From the NCBI GenBank assembly GCA_040217195.1, contig JAVJNR010000003.1:608001-672000 (forward strand): a stretch of 64,000 nt of DNA. Reading direction: 5' to 3'. The translations under genes were made by a program, and so were the position numbers. Positions within the stretch are counted from its first letter, which is position 1, and every line of letters starts with the position of its first letter. This DNA comes from Leptospiraceae bacterium (GTDB lineage: Bacteria; Spirochaetota; Leptospiria; Leptospirales; Leptonemataceae). This document shows positions 32,111 through 41,723 of this stretch, one piece after another. The notes below the pieces were generated by a model. The model saw only the letters and a program-made list of their open reading frames with translations. It did not search any database and was not told where the DNA came from.

Positions 32111-32195
32111 GGGGAACTCCGGATATAGGTTGATGTTTTACGTATTCTGTTCGAAAATAGTGAGGAGGCGTCAATCGTTCCTCAGAGGTGACTTC

Positions 32196-32915
32196 ATGAA
32201 ATCAAAAATTACATCGTACCTGGCCATTTTAATTATCCTTTTGACCTCCGGTCCCGCATTTGCTCTGGGCACCTATGCCGAGGGTCGAGCGATTGTAAAA
32301 GTAACTAAAATGGAAAGCCAGGGAATCTTCTTTAACTCCTTTGAAGGTGAGTTTGAAATTGCCACTTTCGACAAGACCGAGAAATGCGATATAGAAGATG
32401 GCACCTGCTATACTCCAGGCAAGAAGGTAGTCAAATTCAGCATCGATAGCGATAATAAAGCGGTTTATCAGTTCATGATCGAAAATATGAATCGAGTGAT
32501 GATCATCGATTATAAGATTCACAGGATTGAGCCCGTAGCACTCAAGACCTCCCTTGAGGTTCTGGGCGCGAAGGCACTATTACCAAAGCAACCGGAAAAC
32601 TTTGTTCGCAGAAAGCGAGTAAGCCAATCGGGCACCCAGGGAAATAAATCGATCTACGGTAAGTTTCTAAAGCTGGAATATCGGGGCACAATGGTAGGAA
32701 CCTACGAAGCTCTGGTGTACAACCGACAGACAGATAAGATTCTACCGGTGTCAATCTCCAATGAAACAATGGCTGCATATGTGAAAGAAGCCATGGGCTC
32801 CAGTCAGGAGTATTATATAGGACTTTCCACCCAGCTTGTAGAAATGGTCTCAGATTCAAATATAGATGTCTTTGAAATCAACTACGATAAACCGGCGGAC
32901 CTTGCCGGGGATTAA
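32196..32915 (+). CDS. Secreted protein resembling leptospiral adhesin Lsa26
   Basis: Signal peptide ending AFA; GTYAEG...ESQGIFFNSFEG...CDIEDGTCYTP recalled as Lsa26-like (from memory, unverified); RBS GAGG upstream. Confidence 0.55.
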   Translation: MKSKITSYLAILIILLTSGPAFALGTYAEGRAIVKVTKMESQGIFFNSFEGEFEIATFDKTEKCDIEDGTCYTPGKKVVKFSIDSDNKAVYQFMIENMNRVMIIDYKIHRIEPVALKTSLEVLGAKALLPKQPENFVRRKRVSQSGTQGNKSIYGKFLKLEYRGTMVGTYEALVYNRQTDKILPVSISNETMAAYVKEAMGSSQEYYIGLSTQLVEMVSDSNIDVFEINYDKPADLAGD

Positions 32916-32943
32916 TTTAGATTCCATCGAGAGTACCGAATAT

Positions 32944-32975
32944 AGAGGGCTCGCACTAAAATGCGGGCCCTTTCT
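32944..32975. terminator. Probable intrinsic terminator between convergent genes
   Basis: AGAGGGCTCGCA-CTAAAA-TGCGGGCCCTTT stem. Confidence 0.7.
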
Positions 32976-32979
32976 GAAC

Positions 32980-33837
32980 TCAATCCATCATCCAGACTAT
33001 ATCGGTCATTTCCGTTGTCACACCTAGCTGACGAAGTATGATACTCAATTGTCCTCGATGAAATGTTTGATGGTTGAAGAAATGAAAAAATGCGATTCGA
33101 ACATCCAGGTTTCTTTCGAGTCCATCTTCGTTACTCACATAGTTTAAAGTACTCTGCACCCTGGAAGGCTGAGAACCTGAAAAAAACTCAATGATATCCT
33201 GATCCATCCGACTGCGCTGAAGTTCAATCTCTGCGAAGCTCTGTAGATTATTGCCTTTGATTTCGGCCAGCTCCAGGATAGATTCCCCGGACAATCCAAA
33301 TCTATGAAGCCAGGTGGCATCGGTTTGAATCATATGATTCCAGAGTCCTCGAACGGTTTTGCGTCCTATCTCTACATCGTAATGGTTTTCATGCAGTTCT
33401 TTCGTAGCTTTTAGCATTCGATGATTGGCCCAGGCGTTGTAACGAGCCCATAATGCAGGACCTATAGTATCCATGGATTGGATTCGACTGCTTCCCAGGA
33501 TTCCATATTCTTCGTCTATCCGGGCCGCACGAACCATATACGAGCTGTACCAGGTTTCCTGGCCATTTTTCTGTGCCACCGTATGCTCGTTCACTGATTT
33601 CCAGGCGATAGCCGAGGCCCGATCCTTCCAGTAGGAAATCGTAATTCCCCTGCCGGAGTCATCCCGAACACTTTCAATGCCCAGATAGCCCGGTTGCAGT
33701 CTGGCCTGCTGCTCCATTCGATTGGCCATGGAGCCATATCCTTCCGGATCCGCAGAACTGCGCTGGTTGGAGAATATTATAGCGATGGCACCATTATTGG
33801 AGAGAATCGATGGAACGGGAAATTCCTGGGAGTCCAT
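32980..33837 (-). CDS. Fusion of antibiotic-biosynthesis-monooxygenase (ABM) domain and DinB domain
   Basis: N-terminal half QPGYLGIESVRD..GITISYW...W...EH..AQ; C-terminal half ARYNAWAN, NHM..D..W, HFFNHQTFHRGQ. Confidence 0.8.
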   Translation of the reverse strand: MDSQEFPVPSILSNNGAIAIIFSNQRSSADPEGYGSMANRMEQQARLQPGYLGIESVRDDSGRGITISYWKDRASAIAWKSVNEHTVAQKNGQETWYSSYMVRAARIDEEYGILGSSRIQSMDTIGPALWARYNAWANHRMLKATKELHENHYDVEIGRKTVRGLWNHMIQTDATWLHRFGLSGESILELAEIKGNNLQSFAEIELQRSRMDQDIIEFFSGSQPSRVQSTLNYVSNEDGLERNLDVRIAFFHFFNHQTFHRGQLSIILRQLGVTTEMTDIVWMMD

Positions 33838-34063
33838 TCTCCAAAACCTCTGGGCCCGATGCACAGAAAATCCATTTTTGAGACCGGACAACTACTTTCT
33901 CGAATCGCTGCCCTTCGCGGATTACTGCGGCAAATTCAGCGAGTACTGGATCGGAGAGCAGAAATCAAAGGGCAATTGCCGCCCCGAAGAAAGAGGAAGC
34001 CAGACTGACCGATGAGGAAAGCTCTTGACGGCCCGTCCCCGGAGCAGGCATTGGATATTCAGC

Positions 34064-34137
34064 GCGGGTGTGGTGTAACGGTAGCACAATAGCCTTCCAA
34101 GCTCTTAGAGGGGGTTCGAGTCCCCTCACCCGCTCCA
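34064..34137 (+). tRNA. tRNA-Gly (anticodon TCC)
   Basis: Acceptor stem GCGGGTG/CACCCGC, anticodon loop CT-TCC-AA, T loop GGTTCGAGTCC, encoded CCA. Confidence 0.96.
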
Positions 34138-34159
34138 AGCCTTCCTTTTCTGGTTTCAT

Positions 34160-34199
34160 ATTTCACAGGCTCGTCTCACAATTGTAACAATTCCGGTAT
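34160..34199 (+). promoter_or_regulatory. Putative PHO box upstream of phoB
   Basis: Heptamers at 11-bp spacing (ATTTCAC, TCGTCTC, TTGTAAC, CCGGTAT); shares the exact 11-mer CAATTGTAACA with the pstS upstream region. Confidence 0.55.
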
Positions 34200-34262
34200 T
34201 TCTTTCTTATTATGGAGCAAGCACCGGCTCGACAGCCCGGATCCGCAAACCGGACACCTGCA

Positions 34263-34964
34263 ATGAAAGACAATGATGTAAGAGGCCTGAGAATTCTGGT
34301 CGTTGATGATGAAGAGGATATTTGTGATCTAATCCGATTCAATCTAGAAGAAGAAGGATACGTAGTGTCCGTTTCCAACAATGGAATGGATGCTCTAAAC
34401 AAAGTAGATAGAAACCTGCCCGATGCTATCATTCTGGATCTGATGATTCCAGGAATTAGCGGAATGGAGCTCTGCAAGAAAATCAAAAGCAAATATGATG
34501 TGCCAATCCTGATGGTCACAGCCAGAGCTGGAGAGACAGATGCAGTTCTGGGCCTGGAAATGGGTGCAGATGACTATATCCGCAAACCCTTCAGCCCCAG
34601 AGAGCTCATGGCCCGACTAAAAGCGGTTCTAAGACGGCTGGGTGCTGTTGTAGAGGATGCCCAGAGCGGCAATATGATCATCGGGCAGATCCAGATGAAT
34701 ACTGCAGCCCATCGAGTGGTCATTGGCGATAAACCAGTGGATCTCACATTGATTGAATACAAGCTACTCAAGCTCTTCATGGAGAATCCTGATATAGCAT
34801 TTTCCAGAGATCGGCTGCTGGACAGAGTCTGGGGACGAGATGTGTACGTCTCAGACCGTGCAGTAGATGTGAATATAAAACGATTGCGAGAAAAGCTTCT
34901 GGATGAGAAACAACGGCTGGAAACAGTCCGTGGTGTGGGGTATCGCTTCCGCGGTGAATCCTGA
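34263..34964 (+). CDS. phoB: OmpR/PhoB-family response regulator
   Basis: ILVVDDE, ILDLMIP, GADDYIRKPFSPREL, winged helix ETVRGVGYRF; adjacent to a PhoR-like kinase and pst genes. Confidence 0.85.
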   Translation: MKDNDVRGLRILVVDDEEDICDLIRFNLEEEGYVVSVSNNGMDALNKVDRNLPDAIILDLMIPGISGMELCKKIKSKYDVPILMVTARAGETDAVLGLEMGADDYIRKPFSPRELMARLKAVLRRLGAVVEDAQSGNMIIGQIQMNTAAHRVVIGDKPVDLTLIEYKLLKLFMENPDIAFSRDRLLDRVWGRDVYVSDRAVDVNIKRLREKLLDEKQRLETVRGVGYRFRGES

Positions 34965-34988
34965 GCTACAGGGCTACCGCTCCGTTGA

Positions 34989-36383
34989 ATGAAAAGCATC
35001 TATGTTCGAATCTTACTGCTACCTGTATTTGTATATCTGGTAGTTGGAGCTGTTTTCTATTTCTCCATGGTAAAGCCAGGTCACTGGCAGGCCATGGAGT
35101 TTCTGGAAATATTTGCCATAACCGGCCTGGCTGTGATCACCGTCAGCGCTTACGTGGCCTATCAAATCACAAAACAGATCATCGATCCATTGCGATTTCT
35201 GCTCGAGAAGCTACAAAGATTTCCTCAAAACGGCCTGGGGCCGTATGTCAGATCCCGTATCCCCGAGATCGAAGGGATTCGCCAGAAATCCGAAGATCAT
35301 CTTAAGAGATTAAAATCCTATATTGGCGATCTCAGCCTGGAAAAGGAATTACTTCAGACTTTGCTGAATGGATTACAAGAAGGAGTCATCTGTATCAACC
35401 GAAAAGGGATCGTTGTATTTCAGAATCATAATCTTTCCGAGCATTTGATGGAAAGTGATTCCACCGGAAAGCCCTACTTCAAGGTAGTTAAAAACCATTA
35501 TCTCCTGGAGCAAATCCATGCAATAATCACTGGCAATAAGCCCATTCCGGACCCTTCGGATTTTCAGGCCAATCGAAAGCACTATCGCCTGGCATTCCAG
35601 CCTGTGGAGATGGAAAATGAGCCGGTCATGTATCTGGTTCTGGTAGTTGATATCACAAATGAAACCAATACCATGCGCCTCAGAGAAGACTTTCTTCAAA
35701 ACGCTTCCCATGAACTAAAAACTCCTATTACCAGCATTCGAGGATACGCAGAAACTCTAAGCCACAGGGCCACCGAAGATCATGAAATTAGATTTCTCCA
35801 GGCGATACTGCGAAACACCGAACGAATGGAACGAATCATTGAGGATATGGTTATCATCTCATCCATTGAGAGTCGGGCCTTTCCGTTTCAGCCAGTGACT
35901 ATGAAGCTGTCCAATTACCTGGAACAATTGCGTCCTCTGGTTCTTGGAAATCTGGAACGAAAGTCCCAGACTCTGGAAATTCAAATTTCCATGGAAGACT
36001 GCACCGTACATGCAGATCCACTTCTGCTGGAGCATCTGTTCGTAAACCTGATTGCAAATGCCAGCCGACATAGCCCGGAAGGTAGCACCATTGAGGTATG
36101 GGCCGAATCAGAAAGCGATACACATGTACTGATTACCGTGGCCGACCGTGGCCCGGGCATCCCTCCGGATCTGGTGGAGAAAATCTTCGAACGTTTTTTC
36201 CGGGCGGATAGAAACCGAGCCCGAACGGAAGGTGGTACCGGGCTGGGGCTGTCCATAGTAAGACAGATTACCAGGATCCATGGCGGTAAGACCTGGGCTG
36301 AAAACCGACCTGCAGGCGGAGCAGCCTTCAAGATCCGATTGCCAATCCGGGTGCCGGCCCTGTCTACTTCTACCACCGATTAG
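34989..36383 (+). CDS. phoR: PhoR-like sensor histidine kinase
   Basis: Two TMs, PAS-like region, H-box ASHELKTPITSIRGYAETL, IFERFFR, GGTGLGLSIV. Confidence 0.85.
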   Translation: MKSIYVRILLLPVFVYLVVGAVFYFSMVKPGHWQAMEFLEIFAITGLAVITVSAYVAYQITKQIIDPLRFLLEKLQRFPQNGLGPYVRSRIPEIEGIRQKSEDHLKRLKSYIGDLSLEKELLQTLLNGLQEGVICINRKGIVVFQNHNLSEHLMESDSTGKPYFKVVKNHYLLEQIHAIITGNKPIPDPSDFQANRKHYRLAFQPVEMENEPVMYLVLVVDITNETNTMRLREDFLQNASHELKTPITSIRGYAETLSHRATEDHEIRFLQAILRNTERMERIIEDMVIISSIESRAFPFQPVTMKLSNYLEQLRPLVLGNLERKSQTLEIQISMEDCTVHADPLLLEHLFVNLIANASRHSPEGSTIEVWAESESDTHVLITVADRGPGIPPDLVEKIFERFFRADRNRARTEGGTGLGLSIVRQITRIHGGKTWAENRPAGGAAFKIRLPIRVPALSTSTTD

Positions 36384-36454
36384 AAACTACCGGAAGGAAT
36401 CACCTGGAGCTGTATTTCCATAGCCAGAATTGGCCGGGCCCACAACCCTGGACC

Positions 36455-37066
36455 ATGTATTGTAGCCAGTTTAAGAAGCCTGCTCCATCGGCACTTTTTT
36501 TTGCGCGACGACTCTTTCTGATTTCGGCCCTGGCCTGGGCATTTCTTTTCCAGGCTGGCTGCGAAGTAGAACCGGCTAACGATGGTTTTTGTGGAATCAT
36601 ACCTAAAAAATTGGAGGCTGCGCTTAGCTACGGAACATCACTATATCTGGGTCTCATGCCCAATGAGGCCTTTTTACAAGAGGAACAAGATCGGGATGTG
36701 CGAAGGATCCCGCCTGTAGAAGTTCGAGAGGATGTACAGGCCATCGATGCAGTTGTGGACGGACGATGTGCTTTTTCAATATTCGAAGAAAGCTCTGTGG
36801 CAGACCGAGCGGAGCTAAAGGACCTAAAATCCGCCCAGCTTTTGTATGGAAATCCGGAATCTGCAGTCTTTAGAGTGTATTTTAATCCATTTGCTCTTCG
36901 CAGCGAAGAGTCCAGGACAATGACCCTTGAGTATCTCAGCACTCTCTGGAGCGATGAATTTCAAGATAAACTTGAGTTCTATGGCTTGAAGCCTGTGCCC
37001 GAAGAACTAAGAGAGCAGGTGCGCCAGGAGCTTCCGGTTTACCTGAAAGCGCCTGAGCCCCGGTAA
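36455..37066 (+). CDS. Lipoprotein with periplasmic-binding-protein-like features
   Basis: Lipobox QAGC; AIDAVVDGRCAFSI and YLSTLWSDEFQDKLEFYGLKP resemble ModA/PBP2-type segments. Confidence 0.45.
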   Translation: MYCSQFKKPAPSALFFARRLFLISALAWAFLFQAGCEVEPANDGFCGIIPKKLEAALSYGTSLYLGLMPNEAFLQEEQDRDVRRIPPVEVREDVQAIDAVVDGRCAFSIFEESSVADRAELKDLKSAQLLYGNPESAVFRVYFNPFALRSEESRTMTLEYLSTLWSDEFQDKLEFYGLKPVPEELREQVRQELPVYLKAPEPR

Positions 37067-37268
37067 GAATCGGTGTATCGCAGAGCCAGTTGCCTCATAC
37101 TCACATCTGAACCCACCTGGTTAGTCCAAAGAGCCCATGGCGATTAGTCCGCCGCACCAGGATCCTTTTTGACGTGCCGATCAGGAGAAATGCGATTGCA
37201 GCACGGATCTCCAGACAAGAGGCCCCCGGCAGGGCTCATACTGTCTGGTCTGATTTCTTAGAGTGAAA

Positions 37269-38078
37269 TTAACCAAATCGTCCGGTGATGTAGTCCTCGG
37301 TGAGTTTCTCAGCCGGATTCGTGAATATCTTGAAAGTAGAATCGTATTCGATCAATTTTCCTTGATAGAATAATGCAGTAAAGTCTCCGATTCGCGCCGC
37401 CTGTTGCATATTATGCGTTACGATAATGATTGTGTAGTTTTTCTTAAGCTCCAGAATGAGCTCTTCGATCTTGTTGGTGGAAATTGGGTCCAGGGATGCT
37501 GTGGGCTCATCCATGAGAAGCACTTCCGGCTGCATAGCAATCGCTCGAGCGATGCAGAGTCTCTGTTGCTGGCCGCCAGAAAGACTGTAGGCAGACTCCT
37601 GAAGCTTGTCCTTTACTTCATCCCAGAGATAGGATTTCTTGAGAGCTTCTTCTACCAGCTCTTCCAGGTTGCCGGTATATCCGTTGATTCGCGGACCCAG
37701 GGCAATGTTTTCATGTATGGTCTTGGGAAATGGATTGGGACTTTGAAAGACCATACCAACCCGAAGTCGAATCTCCACAGGATCCACATCATGAGCAAAG
37801 ATATTGAGCCCATCCAAAAGCACCTTACCTTCTGCGCGAGCCCCTTCTACGAAGTCGTTCATTCGATTCAGTGTGCGAAGAAATGTGGATTTTCCACAAC
37901 CTGACGGTCCGATCAATGCCGTAACACGCTGCTTGTAGATTTCCAGGTCCAGTTCAGTAATTGCCTGAAAGGTATCGTAGAAGATATTCAGCTTATCAGT
38001 CTTAAAAATGATCTCGCGAGGACCTTCCTCTTCGGAATTGTTCGCACTCACCTGGAAATTAATATCGTTTTCTGCCAT
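37269..38078 (-). CDS. pstB: Phosphate ABC transporter ATPase
   Basis: [23 protein letters not shown]-terminal [10 protein letters not shown]. Confidence 0.97.
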   Translation of the reverse strand: MAENDINFQVSANNSEEEGPREIIFKTDKLNIFYDTFQAITELDLEIYKQRVTALIGPSGCGKSTFLRTLNRMNDFVEGARAEGKVLLDGLNIFAHDVDPVEIRLRVGMVFQSPNPFPKTIHENIALGPRINGYTGNLEELVEEALKKSYLWDEVKDKLQESAYSLSGGQQQRLCIARAIAMQPEVLLMDEPTASLDPISTNKIEELILELKKNYTIIIVTHNMQQAARIGDFTALFYQGKLIEYDSTFKIFTNPAEKLTEDYITGRFG

Positions 38079-38091
38079 GTTCTTTGCCGAT

Positions 38092-38973
38092 TCAGGAATG
38101 TAGATAACTCAGTTTCTTTCTAAAATACAGTCTGAGATAGATGGCCGCAGCGTTCATCATTAGAAGCGCAACCAGCAGCACTATAATAGCCGACCCTGCA
38201 ATTGCATGAAACTCTTCCTGAGGTCGGGAAGTCCAGTTATAGATTTGAATAGGAAGTACAGTATATCCGTCCATTGGACTGATGGGCAGATAGGCGATAA
38301 AGCCCGCAGCCCCCACCAGAAGGAGCGGAGCCGATTCCCCGATAGCTCTGGAAAGAGCCAGAATAATGCCAGTGAAGATTCCTGGAGAGGCAACCGGCAG
38401 AACCTGGTATCTTACAACCTGCCAGCGAGTCATACCAATACCGTAACCGGCCAGGCGAAAGGAATCAGGAACGGCCCGAAGAGCCTCCTGGGCTGCGATG
38501 GTGATTACTGGCAGCACCAACAATGCCATGGTAAGGGAGCCTGCAAGCAGGCTCTGACCCAGGTTCAGGGCATTCACAAAAAGAGTAACTCCCAGAATAC
38601 CATAGATAATGGAAGGCACGCCTGCCAGGTTCTGGATGTTGAGTTTGATAAATCTGACGAAGCGAGTGTTACGAGCGTATTCTTCCAGATAAATGGCCGC
38701 TCCCAGTCCCATAGGGATGGCAAACAGTGCAGTAAGAAACATCAGCCATAGAGTTCCCACAATCGCAGAGCTTATGCCTGCCTTTTCTGGTCGCGGGTTG
38801 GCCGGGGAGCTAAGAAAATCCAGGCTGATGCCAGCAGCCCCGGATATAATCAGATCCAGCAGAAGGTAGCCTAAAAAGAACAGAGCTATGGTATTCGCCA
38901 CAAAGCAGGTGAACTGAAAAATCAGTCCGTAAATCTGGTATCTGCGGGAGCGAGCAGGATCGAAGGATTTCAC
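38092..38973 (-). CDS. pstA: Phosphate ABC transporter permease
   Basis: [29 protein letters not shown]. Confidence 0.95.
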   Translation of the reverse strand: MKSFDPARSRRYQIYGLIFQFTCFVANTIALFFLGYLLLDLIISGAAGISLDFLSSPANPRPEKAGISSAIVGTLWLMFLTALFAIPMGLGAAIYLEEYARNTRFVRFIKLNIQNLAGVPSIIYGILGVTLFVNALNLGQSLLAGSLTMALLVLPVITIAAQEALRAVPDSFRLAGYGIGMTRWQVVRYQVLPVASPGIFTGIILALSRAIGESAPLLLVGAAGFIAYLPISPMDGYTVLPIQIYNWTSRPQEEFHAIAGSAIIVLLVALLMMNAAAIYLRLYFRKKLSYLHS

Positions 38974-39938
38974 TGATAAACCTCCCGGAACCTGCGGACA
39001 ATTCGTGTGGCCATAAAATTAAAGCCAAAGGTTAAAACAAACAAAGTCAGACCTATGGCGTAACGAGTGAAGTATTCAATGCTTCCAGCGGAGGCATCGC
39101 CCAGAGATATCTGAACAATAAATGCAGTCATGGTTTGAATACCCTGGAGGTAGTCCCATGTAGTCGTGGGAGTGGCACCGGCGGCCAGGGTTACAGCCAT
39201 GGTCTCTCCAACGGCCCGGGCGAATGCCAGAATAAACGATGCAACTATGCCACTAACGGCAGCAGGGATAATAATCTTGGTAACAACGTGGAATCGGCTC
39301 ATGCCCAGGGCATAGCCTGCATTCTTGATGGTAACCGGAACAACTCGCAGAGAATCAGAAGACATAGAAGATACCATCGGTAGAATGCTAATACCAACTA
39401 CGATGGAAGCAGACATGGCATTAAAAACCTGAACGGTGTCTTCGCCAAAAAGAGTCTTAAGAATCGGAGTAACTGTTACCAGAGCAAAGTAACCATAAAC
39501 TACGGTAGGGATTCCGCCCAGAATTTCCACCACCGGTGTGGCAATCTCTCTAAACCAGGAAGGAGAGTATTGGGTAAGATAGATAGCAGTACCCAATCCG
39601 AAGGGAATGGCCACTGCACTGGCACCGAAGGCAATCATTAGCGTGCCACTTAGAAGCGGCAAGACGCCAAACTTCTTATCATGTCCAAAGGGCTCCCACT
39701 GGGTGCCCGTTATGAAGTCAATGAAGCTAACTTCCTGGAAAAAGCCATACGCATCTGATACAAGTATATAGATGATCAGTCCGGTAATCGCCACCGTAGT
39801 TCCACCCAGGATCCTAAGGATCCAGCGGATAGTTCTCTCTCCCAGGGCCTTGGAGGGCTTTTGCCCATAGCGCGCAAAAACCCTCTTTCGGTCTCCCTGG
39901 ACTGCCTCTACCAGGATTTCCAGGTTGTTATCGTTCAT
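38970..39938 (-). CDS. pstC: Phosphate ABC transporter permease
   Basis: GIPTVVYG, RAVGETMAV. Confidence 0.95.
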   Translation of the reverse strand: MNDNNLEILVEAVQGDRKRVFARYGQKPSKALGERTIRWILRILGGTTVAITGLIIYILVSDAYGFFQEVSFIDFITGTQWEPFGHDKKFGVLPLLSGTLMIAFGASAVAIPFGLGTAIYLTQYSPSWFREIATPVVEILGGIPTVVYGYFALVTVTPILKTLFGEDTVQVFNAMSASIVVGISILPMVSSMSSDSLRVVPVTIKNAGYALGMSRFHVVTKIIIPAAVSGIVASFILAFARAVGETMAVTLAAGATPTTTWDYLQGIQTMTAFIVQISLGDASAGSIEYFTRYAIGLTLFVLTFGFNFMATRIVRRFREVYQ

Positions 39939-39951
39939 CTAGAGTCAGCCG

Positions 39952-40938
39952 TCAGTCAGCGTAGAGGCTCTCCACAGGTTTGCCCATCAGATCCACATCT
40001 TTCAGAACGCTACCGGTTTCCATATTCTTGAAGTGACTCTGGATATTTGCATAGGCTTCTGCGGACAGTGGAATATAGCCTACCTGCTTGGACAGCTCGG
40101 CAACATTGGCCAGGTAGAAATCTACGAAAGTTTTAACATGTTCCTTTTTCGCTGAAGCTTCGGATACATAGATCAGAAGTGGCCTGGACAGAGGAGAATA
40201 GGTTCCTCTTTTCACAGTCTCCAGGCTGGGCTGTACCGCTTCGCCGCTGCGAGGATTAACGATAGGTACCAGTTTCAAAGAGTCTTTGTTTTCTTCGTAA
40301 TAAGCAAAGCCAAAGAAACCAACACCGTTCTTGTCACCGGAAATTCCGCGAACCAGAGTGTTGTCATCTTCACTGAACAGTGCATCAGATCTTACCTGGC
40401 CGCCTTTTCCAATGATTGCTTCAATAAAATAATCGAAAGTTCCGGAGTCTTTTCCTGGAGAATAGGCTTTGATTTCCTCTTCTGGCCAGCCCTCACGAAC
40501 TTCATTCCAGGTCTTGGCTGGATTCTCGGACTGAAAGATCTTCTTCAGTTCATCTACGGTAAGCTTATCTACAAAATCGTTGTCTGGATTTACCAGCACA
40601 GCCAGGCCATCATAGGCTACTGGAATTTCGATAAATTTGATGCCCGCTGCATCACATTTTTCCATTTCATCGGATTTGATGACTCGGGAAGCGTCGGAGA
40701 TGTCGGTTTTACCTGAGCAGAATTTCTTGAATCCGCCGCCGGTGCCACTTACTCCCACAGTTACATGGATATCTCCGGATTGTTCCTGAAATGCAGAGGC
40801 CACGGCTTCTGTAATTGGATACACGGTGCTGGATCCATCGATCTCCACCATGATTCTCTCCTTGCAGGATGCAAAGGAGAAGGTTGATATCAGAGCCAGT
40901 CCCAGCCCTGCCTTTAAAAAAGTTCGATTCATTTGCAT
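39952..40938 (-). CDS. pstS: Phosphate-binding lipoprotein
   Basis: Lipobox FASC; IDGSSTVYP, SGTGGGFKKFC, DSGTFDYF, SEDDN, YSPLSRPL. Confidence 0.95.
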   Translation of the reverse strand: MQMNRTFLKAGLGLALISTFSFASCKERIMVEIDGSSTVYPITEAVASAFQEQSGDIHVTVGVSGTGGGFKKFCSGKTDISDASRVIKSDEMEKCDAAGIKFIEIPVAYDGLAVLVNPDNDFVDKLTVDELKKIFQSENPAKTWNEVREGWPEEEIKAYSPGKDSGTFDYFIEAIIGKGGQVRSDALFSEDDNTLVRGISGDKNGVGFFGFAYYEENKDSLKLVPIVNPRSGEAVQPSLETVKRGTYSPLSRPLLIYVSEASAKKEHVKTFVDFYLANVAELSKQVGYIPLSAEAYANIQSHFKNMETGSVLKDVDLMGKPVESLYAD

Positions 40939-40965
40939 AGTAACTCCTGAGAATGCAGCAATTGT

Positions 40966-40994
40966 ATTACGGATATGTTACAATTGCATTGCGA
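40966..40994 (-). promoter_or_regulatory. Putative PHO box upstream of pstS
   Basis: Minus strand reads TCGCAAT-gcaa-TTGTAAC-atat-CCGTAAT: three heptamers at 11-bp period resembling CTGT(C/A)A(C/T). Confidence 0.65.
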
Positions 40995-41100
40995 CCGTCA
41001 CAATCCTGCCCGGACAGGCTCTTCTTTCCGCCCTAATTGGCCCAGACAATTCTCGCTTGACCTACTGGATTTTTCTTACCTCGATGTCCAGTAGAAAGCC

Positions 41101-41700
41101 ATGATCCAAAAGCAATTAGAAGAACTGAAAGAGCACGTTAGCCTGATGGCCCGCCGGGCGGAGGCCATTCTGGACATGGCTCTGGAAACCCTGGAGAAGC
41201 GGGAAGAAACCCTTTTTCAGAAGACTGTATCTATGGACAGAGAGCTTAATGCCATGGAAATCCAGATGGATGAAAAATGTATGCGTCTTCTGGCGCTTCA
41301 GGAGCCGTTTGCCCTGGATTTTCGTTATATCTTCAGTGCAATCAAAACCACCAGGGATCTGGAACGAATCGGAGATGAATCCAAGACTATTGCTCGATGG
41401 AGTCTCCGTCTTCCCGGTGGCCAGGTGAGCGAGGATCTTCATACTCTGGCCTCCAAGGCCAGAGAAGCGCTGAAGGAAGCGGCCCAGGCTCTGGTAAATT
41501 CAGATCTGGACTCCGCCAATCGAGTCCTTCAGCTGGAACTGGAAGTAGATGCAATTGAAGAAAAGATTCTGGAGGTCTCCACAGATATCTCCCAGGCGCT
41601 CATCGTTCGGGCCATGGAAAGAATCGGTGATCTCTCTACCAACATTGCAGAAAACGTAATTTTCTCAGTCAAAGCGCAAGATATTCGCCACTCCACCTGA
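41101..41700 (+). CDS. phoU: Phosphate signalling protein PhoU
   Basis: LLALQEP, DLERIGD, ERIGDLSTNIAE; divergent from pstS. Confidence 0.93.
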   Translation: MIQKQLEELKEHVSLMARRAEAILDMALETLEKREETLFQKTVSMDRELNAMEIQMDEKCMRLLALQEPFALDFRYIFSAIKTTRDLERIGDESKTIARWSLRLPGGQVSEDLHTLASKAREALKEAAQALVNSDLDSANRVLQLELEVDAIEEKILEVSTDISQALIVRAMERIGDLSTNIAENVIFSVKAQDIRHST

Positions 41701-41723
41701 TCGTAGCAGGCTCCGGCCTATTC

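Noticed and set aside
34064..34137. tRNA-Gly as an integration site for an island
   Set aside because: No integrase is nearby, I noticed no duplicated tRNA 3' end, and the downstream genes are core phoBR.
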